From Longimicrobiales bacterium (GTDB taxonomy: Bacteria; Gemmatimonadota; Gemmatimonadetes; Longimicrobiales; Gaopeijiaceae): a DNA stretch of 64,000 bases. The stretch is taken from assembly GCA_965198065.1 (NCBI GenBank), contig CBDAON010000004.1, forward strand, positions 1,088,001 to 1,152,000. The letters are read 5' to 3'. A model generated the notes under the pieces. It was not told the origin of the DNA. It made no database searches and saw only the letters and a list, made by a program, of their open reading frames with translations. A program made the translations under genes and the position numbers. This document shows, piece after piece, positions 49,277 to 57,500 of this stretch (positions are counted from its first letter, which is position 1; each line of letters opens with the position of its first letter).

Positions 49277-51157
49277 TTGGACTTCTTCGAGGCGCAGGAC
49301 CACGCGGTTACGCGAAGCCGAACGCTCGTCCTGTTCTTCCTCGCCGCCGTGCTCTCCATGATTGCCGTGGTCTACGGTGCGGTCCTCGTCCTCCTCGGGC
49401 TCTGGGGGACGGGAGGCACCGGAGCCACTTGGATCCACCCCGAGCTCCTCGCGGCCGTCGCGGGCGGGATGACGTTCGTGATCGGGACGGGTGCTGTCGT
49501 TCGAACCGCGCAGCTCCGAAAGGGTGGCTCCGCCGTGGCCTCGCTCCTCGGTGGCGTGCGGGTGCGGCCGGACACGCGGGACCTGGCGGAGCGTCAGCTC
49601 CTGAATGTGGTCGAGGAGATGTCCATCGCTTCGGGCGTGCCCGTGCCCGCCGTGTTCGTGCTGGGTGACGAGACGGGCATCAACGCATTCGCCGCGGGGC
49701 ACACAATCCACGACGCGGCCATCGCAGTGACACGGGGTACGCTCGAGTCCTTGACCCGGGACGAGCTCCAGGGGGTCGTAGCCCACGAGTTCAGCCACAT
49801 CCTGAACGGAGACATGAGGCTGAACCTGCGTCTGATGGGCCTCCTTTACGGGATCCTGCTTCTCACGATCATCGGACGGGTTCTCGCCCGAAGCGGCGGA
49901 GGCCGACGCGGCCGCAACCGGGGTGCCCAGGTCGCGCTCCTCGGGCTCTTCTTCATCCTGCTCGGATATCTGGGGGTCTTCTTCGGACGGCTGATCCAGG
50001 CGGCCGTCTCCCGCCAGCGAGAGTATCTGGCGGACGCTTCGGCCGTGCAGTTTACCCGGAATCGGGACGGGATCGGAGGAGCACTGAAGAAGATCGGGGG
50101 ATGGCGCGGGAGCCGGATTCGGGACGCTCACGCGGCCGAGGTGGGGCACTTCTTCTTCGCGTCGGGGGTGCGGGGGGCCTTCCTCGGCGCGTTCGCCACC
50201 CATCCCCCGCTCGAGGACCGGATCCGCCGGATCGACCCCACGTGGGACGGCCAGCTTCTCGACATCGAGCGAGGAGCCGAGGCACCGTCCGGCGCCCTCC
50301 GAGCCGGGCTCACGGCCGCGGCGCCCCAGGCGCCCGCTCCCCCGGCCGCCCAGGGCGGTCAGGCAGAGATCGCTCCCACCCCGGCGGCCGTCCTCGCCAG
50401 CGTCGGGACCCTCGCGCCCGCGCATCTCGCGTACGCGAAAGGCGTCGTCGACCGGCTGCCCCCGGAGGTCCTAGCCGCGATCCACACTCCCGCCGGGGCG
50501 TCGGACGTGGTCTCGGCGCTCCTCCTCTCCGGCGACGCGGAGCTCAGGGCTCGACAGCTCGAGATCGTGCGAGCGACGAGGGGACCTGAAGAGGCCGAGG
50601 ACGTCCGCCGGATGTGGGAGGGCATCCATTCGCTCGGGCGCGACGTTCGACTCCCGATACTCGAGCTCACACTCCCCGCGCTACGCGAGCTCTCCCCGGG
50701 AGAGGCGGCGGCCCTCCAGGTCGCGGTGCCCCGGCTCATCCGGGCCGACGGCCGAGTCCTTCCGTTCGAGTTCGCGCTCTTTCACGTCCTCCAGCGTCAC
50801 CTGCCGGGACCGGGCAGCACCACGCCGGGGGCACGGAGGGGGCACCTCGGGCTCGACCAGGTCCGGAGTGAGGCAAAGGTCGTGCTCGCGGCCGTCGCAG
50901 AGGCCGGCTCGTTTCCAGAAGCCACGTCGGACGAGGTCGGCACGCTCGACCTGGAGCGGGTGGACGCGGCCCTCGAGCGGTTGGCGCTCGCCGCGCCCGG
51001 CGTTCGGAGGGGGATCCTCAAGGCCGCCATAGAATCCGCCCTCGGAGACGGCCGCCTCCGGCCCGCCGAGGTGGCGGTGGTCCGAGCCATTGCCGAAGCC
51101 CTGGACGTGCCGCTTCCGCCCCTGACCGGAGCCGCCTTCGTCACTTCCCGTCCGTGA
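49277..51157 (+). CDS. M48 (HtpX-like) membrane metalloprotease with long C-terminal domain
   Basis: TTG start DFFEAQ, INAFAAG, AHEFSH, SRQREYLAD, THPPL. Confidence 0.9.
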   Translation: MDFFEAQDHAVTRSRTLVLFFLAAVLSMIAVVYGAVLVLLGLWGTGGTGATWIHPELLAAVAGGMTFVIGTGAVVRTAQLRKGGSAVASLLGGVRVRPDTRDLAERQLLNVVEEMSIASGVPVPAVFVLGDETGINAFAAGHTIHDAAIAVTRGTLESLTRDELQGVVAHEFSHILNGDMRLNLRLMGLLYGILLLTIIGRVLARSGGGRRGRNRGAQVALLGLFFILLGYLGVFFGRLIQAAVSRQREYLADASAVQFTRNRDGIGGALKKIGGWRGSRIRDAHAAEVGHFFFASGVRGAFLGAFATHPPLEDRIRRIDPTWDGQLLDIERGAEAPSGALRAGLTAAAPQAPAPPAAQGGQAEIAPTPAAVLASVGTLAPAHLAYAKGVVDRLPPEVLAAIHTPAGASDVVSALLLSGDAELRARQLEIVRATRGPEEAEDVRRMWEGIHSLGRDVRLPILELTLPALRELSPGEAAALQVAVPRLIRADGRVLPFEFALFHVLQRHLPGPGSTTPGARRGHLGLDQVRSEAKVVLAAVAEAGSFPEATSDEVGTLDLERVDAALERLALAAPGVRRGILKAAIESALGDGRLRPAEVAVVRAIAEALDVPLPPLTGAAFVTSRP

Positions 51158-51746
51158 ACGGCGAGAGTAGGTCCACTCGCTCCCCCCGCTTCGACACCTC
51201 GATCAGGCGATCGAGCCGCCTGAGCTGGGTGTCCTCTCGTTTCGCCGACATCACCCAGCGCCTCGTGGTCTTCTGATAGCCGGGTGGTTGAGAGGTAAAA
51301 TGCCGCCAGGCTGTGCGGCTCGCCCTGAACCTCCTCTCCAGCTCCGGAGCGAAGGAAGCGATCTCGTCCCGTTCAAGGGCATAGGCCCCGGATCGCTCTG
51401 CCGCGCGCTCCTCGAAGGCTCTAAGCCCAGGAGGCATCATGCGGCCCTCCGCGATGAGGCGCTCGACGCTATTGATGTTCTTCAGGCTCCAGACGCTCGT
51501 CGCCCGCCTCGGGGTGAAGCGTATCTTGTAGCTCTCGGGGTCGATGCCCTTCCGCACGCCGTCGATCCACCCGAAGCAGAGCGCTTCGTCCACGGACTGG
51601 TCCCAAGTCATCGAGGGCTTGCCGGTGGCTACCTTGTAGAAGCCGACCCAGAGCTCGCTGCGGTCGGCGTGGTGCCTGGCGAGCCAGCTTCGGAAGGCCG
51701 CTGGCGTGAGGAAAGAGACAGGTTTTTCCGCTGGACGCCCCAACAT
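51141..51746 (-). CDS. YdeI/OmpD-associated family protein
   Basis: EALCFGWIDG, FTPRR..S.WS..N, WVMSAKREDT. Confidence 0.88.
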   Translation of the reverse strand: MLGRPAEKPVSFLTPAAFRSWLARHHADRSELWVGFYKVATGKPSMTWDQSVDEALCFGWIDGVRKGIDPESYKIRFTPRRATSVWSLKNINSVERLIAEGRMMPPGLRAFEERAAERSGAYALERDEIASFAPELERRFRASRTAWRHFTSQPPGYQKTTRRWVMSAKREDTQLRRLDRLIEVSKRGERVDLLSPFTDGK

Positions 51747-51916
51747 AGATCTACTGATGTCCGATAAACTCGAAGGGCAGCCCGAGCGAACGTGAAGCCC
51801 AAGCCGCCACCAGTTGCTAGCCGGCGTTGAGCTCGCCGTTTCCGACGAGCACCTTGGCGCTCCTCTCGCTACAGCGAGGGAGCCTCACGCGCCTTAGCAC
51901 ATCCGCCCACTCGGGC

Positions 51917-52636
51917 TCAGGCGGGAGGCGCCGGCGGCGAAGGCGTCCCAAACACGATGTCCGTTATCGCCTTGAGGCTCCGACGACCGTAACGGAACGG
52001 AATAATCAACCGGAGTGGCGCACCGTGGTCGGCGGGGATCGGCTCGTCATTCATCATCCACGCGAGCATCACCTGGCGATGCCGAAGCGTCGCTATGTCC
52101 TCGACGACATCGGCCCCGTCGGCAGCGGTCAAGCGGACGTAGTGCGCGCCTGGAATCAACCCCAGCATGTCCGCGAAGTCGCTGAAGCGCACGCCTGTCC
52201 ACTTGACTATACCGCTGGGAAGAGGGGCTCCGCACTGCATGAGGTAGGTGCCCGAGACCCGAGGCAGCCGCTCGAGGTCGGAAAACCGAAGCGTCCCGCG
52301 AAGCCGACCGAGTCCTCTCGTGTCCACACGTATCGCCATGTTTCGGTAGTCATACTCCCCGGGGGGAGGCGTGCGATCTGGTGTTCGCCACATCAACCGA
52401 CCTTCGATCGGGCCCGCCGCGCTCTCGGGATGTTCGGGCGCGGACCCGTCTGGATTGATCGGAAGGGGCGCCGGAAAACCCTCGCGGAGCGCGGTTTCCT
52501 CTAACGTGGCGGGCCATTCCTGCGCTTGCTGGGGCGTAGCCTGCCCGACCACTTGCTCTGCATTGATCATGCGCAGGGACAAAGCCGCCAGGGTGGAGCT
52601 CGACAGAACGAGAGCGTCACGGCGTGTGATGTTCAT
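51917..52636 (-). CDS. Tat-exported molybdopterin oxidoreductase (sulfite oxidase/MsrP superfamily)
   Basis: TRRDAL Tat motif, LMQCG, WTGV, DHGAPLRLIIP..YG. Confidence 0.8.
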   Translation of the reverse strand: MNITRRDALVLSSSTLAALSLRMINAEQVVGQATPQQAQEWPATLEETALREGFPAPLPINPDGSAPEHPESAAGPIEGRLMWRTPDRTPPPGEYDYRNMAIRVDTRGLGRLRGTLRFSDLERLPRVSGTYLMQCGAPLPSGIVKWTGVRFSDFADMLGLIPGAHYVRLTAADGADVVEDIATLRHRQVMLAWMMNDEPIPADHGAPLRLIIPFRYGRRSLKAITDIVFGTPSPPAPPA

Positions 52637-52691
52637 TGGGTGCGTCCGGCTGGAGGGGTGACAAAAGACGCGTCGCGATTACGGAGCTTCC

Positions 52692-53471
52692 CTACTGCGG
52701 CACTCGGCGCTCGGCGATGTTCAGATCCGAGAGGATCTTGACCCGGGAGGTGAGGGCCGCCTTCATCTTCATGGGCGGCTTCATGATCTCGCGGAGCGCG
52801 CCGTCGATCCGGTAGCGGACCCGGATTTCCTTCTCGTACGGCTCGATGTGGATGTCGGAGACACCCTTCATCACCGCGTCCGTCAGGAGGCCGTTGATGA
52901 ACTTTACGACGGGGGCTGCGTCCACCTCCGCCTGGAGGGTGGCGACCGAGACCTCCTCCTCCTTCTCCTCGACGAACTCGACCTCCTCGTCGTCCTCGAC
53001 GACCGAGAGGAGCTCGGCCATGCGGTCGTCCACGACCTCGTAGTAGTTCTCGAGGTGCTTCCGGAGCGTGTACTCCCCTACGATGACGGGCTCGATGTCG
53101 TAGCGCGTCATGAACTTCAGGTCGTCGATGGCCCCGAGGTCCGTGGGATTGGCCATCGCGACGGTCAGCGTCCGCCCCACCCTCCGGAGCGGGAGGACGA
53201 GGTGCTTTAGCGCCACCTCGCTGGGAATGACCTTCAGAATCTTCGCGTCGACGGTGATCTTCTCGAGGTCAACGGCGGGCACCCGGTACTGCTTGGCGAG
53301 CATCCGGGTGAGCTCTTCCTCCTCCACGAACCCTAGCTTCACGAGCGCGTAGCCCACGCGCATCTTGGACTCCTTCGCTTCCACGAGGGCGTCCTTGAGC
53401 TGCTGCTCGGTGACGAGCCCCTCGCGTACGAAGAGGTCCCCGAGGCGGTCCTGGGCTACGTTTGTGGCCAT
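52692..53471 (-). pseudogene. pilB: Truncated PilB/GspE: MshEN + N2 domains, no ATPase domain
   Basis: RLGDLFVREG MshEN-like, SDIHIEP, RYRIDG, stops at IAERRVPQ*; no DGR continuation or Walker motifs in any frame. Confidence 0.8.
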
Positions 53472-53614
53472 TCCTTGGCTTGGAATCCTTTTCCAACTGA
53501 TAAGCGCGTGAGCCGGCGCGGCGGGACCCCCTGGGGCACGGGCGTGCCCGTACCCGGAGAGTCGCCGACCGTGGGCGTCGTGTCCTCCGTGACCGGGCGC
53601 TCAAACCGTGGAGA

Positions 53615-53644
53615 AAGGTAGGTTTCGCCGGGTGCGGTGGTCAA
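53615..53644 (-). promoter_or_regulatory. Possible sigma70 promoter upstream of the pilB fragment
   Basis: TTGACC-N18-TACCTT. Confidence 0.4.
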
Positions 53645-53730
53645 GCGAACGCCCGCAGGGGGGAACGCTTGATACGAAAAGAGCGGCAGGTTGGTTGAGG
53701 GCGTGTTGCGGGGGCGCCCGATGGGGCGCC

Positions 53731-54429
53731 TCAGGGTCCGGCGCGGACGAGTGGACGCAGGCGCTCGAGGGTGACGGGACCGATCCCGGACACGTCGAGC
53801 AGATCGTCGACGCTTCGAAGCCGCCCGGCGCGTGCCCTGTGCTCGACGATGCGGCCGGCCAGCGCGGGCCCGATGCCCGGGAGGGCCTGGAGCTCCGCCG
53901 CGCTTGCTCGGTTCAGGTCGAGCCGCTCGGAGACGGGGGCGGCCGTTGGGACCCGGGTGGAGGAGCCCAAGGCGCCGGACGGGCGCGACGCGGAAACGGA
54001 CGACGCACGAGACGCGGCCGCACCCGAGCCAATCGGAGGGTTCGAGAGGTCCAGGACGGACTCGAACCGGGCGAGGGTCGCGGGGCCGATCCCCGACATG
54101 CGCAGGAGATCCGAGGGACTCCGAAAGGGTCCGTCCTGCTCACGGCTCTCCACGATCCTCTGCGCCAGGGCCGGCCCGATGCTGGGCAAGCGAGCGAGCT
54201 CCACGTCCGGGTCCCGGTTCGGATCCACGCGCTCACCTGGCGCGAGAGGGGTCGCCATCCGCTCCTCCCGCTCAATGGCTGCCCGCGTCTCCTCGACCAG
54301 CTCCACAGGCACGGGGGTGGGCGGGAGGATGGGTGGACCGGGGCGCGCCTCCCACGCCAAGCGGAGGAAGCTCGCGGCCAGGAGGAGGACGCTGGTGACG
54401 ACGACGGTGCGGCGCTCTTCGTCGGACAC
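53731..54429 (-). CDS. ComEA-like DNA-binding protein with two helix-hairpin-helix modules
   Basis: TM anchor; LPSIGPALAQRIV...GIGPAT and LPGIGPALAGRIV...GIGPVT. Confidence 0.88.
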   Translation of the reverse strand: MSDEERRTVVVTSVLLLAASFLRLAWEARPGPPILPPTPVPVELVEETRAAIEREERMATPLAPGERVDPNRDPDVELARLPSIGPALAQRIVESREQDGPFRSPSDLLRMSGIGPATLARFESVLDLSNPPIGSGAAASRASSVSASRPSGALGSSTRVPTAAPVSERLDLNRASAAELQALPGIGPALAGRIVEHRARAGRLRSVDDLLDVSGIGPVTLERLRPLVRAGP

Positions 54430-54545
54430 GTCGTGAGGTTCAGCGCCGCCGTGGGGAGCCGGAATAGCCGGGTGAGTCGCCGGTGTTACAGCCGCGCCGG
54501 CCGCGGGCGTTTACGGGAGCGGCATGGCCGCGCGCCGAGCGCCGC

Positions 54546-57500
54546 TCAGAAGGGATCGGGCGTGCCCTGGAGCTGTCCCACCGGCCCGGCCTCGATCACC
54601 AGCCGTCCCCAGAGTCCCATATGGAGCTGCGTGAACCCAGTCCGAAGCCCCACGAAAGATCGTCGATCGACCAGGCTCACCTGCCCGCCCACCTCCACTC
54701 CCTGGAGCACCGTCTCGAGGGCGAGCTGCACCCCGCGGTTCACCTGATCGATGAATCCGACGCAGCCCGCTCCCGCCACCGCGACCCGGCACTCGAGCAC
54801 CTCGCTGTAGTCCACGGAAAGCGAGATCCGCGGCGCGGTGGCGGCCTGGGCAAGCAGCCTCGCCGCCTGGGGAAGGCGGCTCTCCACGGAGAACCGGTGC
54901 TCGACCTGGGCCCGATCCGTGGTCCCGGTGGGATCCCTAACCTGCCCCCAAACGAGCTGACTCCGGTATCGCGTGACCACGCCCCCCACCCACTCGAGAG
55001 CGACTTCGACCGGGACCCTTCGGTCCACGCGCATCCTCCTCTGGAGGAGCCCGCCCACGTAGCTCGATTCGTCCCGGGTGCGCTGGAACCCCACGCTCGC
55101 CGAAGCCCCCGCGAGCATCCCCTCCCAGGCCGCCGGGAACGGAAGGTCCCCGACCCCGACCCTGAGATCCGGCCAAATCCGCCCCCGACCTTCTCGATCG
55201 GACCTGCGGTCCAGCGACTCCGTGCGCGTCGTCTGGTAGTTCACGTTCACGAAGAACGAGCCGGGTAGCTGGAGCCCAGACCCGGCCGAGAGCCCCCGCC
55301 GGGCGGCCAGCGTCGTGGCCGTGACTTGATCGAGCGCCTCGAAGCTCCCCGTGCTGCCCCATCCGAGCTGGAAGGCGGCCCCCGGGTCCACCCCCTCCCG
55401 GTGGAAGCGGGACGTGATCCCGTCCTGCCAGCTCACCGTGAGGGGGCTCACTGCCCCGGCCACGATGCGCACGATCCCGGCGAGCGTGGACTCCTCGGGG
55501 CCGGGGGTGCCGGCCACCCCGCCCGGCGCAGCGACGCCACCATCCGGTCCCCCACCGCCCGAGCCCGCGGGAGCGGGCCCCAGCAGCTCCACCAAGAACC
55601 CGTCCGGATCCACTGTCAGCGTGGCTCGAAGTTCCCGCTCGCCGCGGGCGTTTCGAAGAAGTCGGGGAATGGAGTCCGGAAGGGTCTCAAAGCGCACGAA
55701 GCCCGGATCCTGCTCCCCCAGATATCTCGTCTGAATCCCGAGGTCCGCACGGAGCCAGGGCGGGAGATCCGGCTGGAAGGTGAGACGCCCTACCACCTCG
55801 CGCCTCGTCTCCCATCCCACGTCGGCGCCTAGGAGCCTCCGGCGCTCGGCCTCCACCGCGGGGCGGACCCGCGGATCCCGGACTCCATCGACGGGATCGA
55901 GCAGGTCCCTCGCCGTGATCAAGTCGACCGAGAGCCCCATCCCCACGAAGGGGCGGAACGCGAGCCGCGCGCTCGTCTCGAGGCGCGCCTCGGGGGCCGA
56001 AGTGCTTCGCGCAGCGGGGCCCTCGGCGTCCACAACGATCTCCTCGAAGCGGTCGAGCGTGAGGCTCCGCCTGTAGAGGCCGCTCCGCACCCCGATCTCC
56101 TCCGGCATCCACCGAAGGTCGGCCTCGAGGAAGCGATCGAGGAGGAAGCCGGGGACAAGGATCCTCACCACGGGCTCGAGGAGGTCCGGCACGAGCGGGA
56201 TCGTGCGACTCTCGGGGCGCCACGTGTACCCCGCGCCTCCGTCCACCTGGGACGAGCGCGTCTCGCCGGTCGGCGTGGTGCCGGACAGCCCCGTGACCGT
56301 GAGTCCTAGGTCGAGCCCCCCGAGGGCACGGTCCACCCACGTCCGACCCGTCGCTCCCTCGGAGCGAAAGGCGAGCGAGACCCGCGTCTCGGTCACCCCC
56401 GGGGTGCGCAGCCCCGGGAGCTCGTCGGCCCGGAGGTCCGTCTGGCTCAGGAACAGCGGGTCCCCGGCCGACTTGAGGTGCGCCACGGAGAACGGGAGGT
56501 CCCACCCCCACTCGGCGGGGACCAGAGCGCCCAGCTGGAGGGTCCCCGACAGGGAGACCGCGCTCTCCGACTGGTACGTTGGGTTCTCCTCCAGCTGGCG
56601 GAAGAAGGGGCCCGTCCCCGTATACCCGAAGCGGGCCTGGAGGAGCTCGCCTCCGTCCAGCTCCATGGTCAGATACCGGGCCGTGCCGGTCGTCCGGATC
56701 CCGCGCCCGAGCCGGAGATCGTTCACCCACACCTCGCCGCTCACGGGTAGGATCGAACGGTTCCACACGCCGATGGAGATCTCCCGCACGGCCGCGAGGT
56801 TCGGGGCTCGTGCACGATCCTTCAGGACGACCGCATACGTCGAGTCCGCGCTCCACTCGATCACGGGCGGGTCGCCAGGACCGGGGGGGTCGTCTAGCAG
56901 CCGCTGCTCGGCTCGCCGACGGAGGCTCGTCCACTCGTGAAAGTGTAGGACCCGCTCCGGCAGCCAGTCCTCCGGGACCACCGCGACCGCGCTCGCAGCC
57001 GGGACCATCCGGGAGCGGTACAGATAGAAGTTCTCGGCGTCCGTCCCCACCTTCACGAAGAAGTCGCTGGGAACGGACTCTCCCCAGGTGCCGGCTCGCG
57101 CGACGGCCCACAGCCGGAGCTCCCCGTAGGCCAGGAAGTTCTGAGGCCTCTGGAGAAACCGGAAGTAGACCTCCGCCCGGTCTCCCGGCGCTACGTCCTC
57201 GTAGCGGAGCGCGAGCGACTTCTCGTTGAACTCGACGCCCCGCCCCGACACGACGGCGGTGGGGTCGTCCAGGAGCTCCAGCACCCCGGGCGGGGCCTGG
57301 TAGGCCGCTTCGGAGACGACGCTCACCGGGGTCACCTCGAGGCGGCCTCCGAGCGCGAGCGTGTCGCCCCCGATCCCGCGGAGCACTCCTCCGACGCTGC
57401 GCTTCACCCACCGGGACCCCACGAGCCGCATGCGCGCAAGCGTGAGGGTCGAGGCGCGCCTTCCCACGACCGTCACCCGCATGACCTGGATGGACCGCCA

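Noticed and set aside
51747..51916. Integron attC site or IS end between ydeI and the molybdo-enzyme gene
   Set aside because: No convincing RYYYAAC...GTTRRRY pair or terminal inverted repeats; no integrase or transposase
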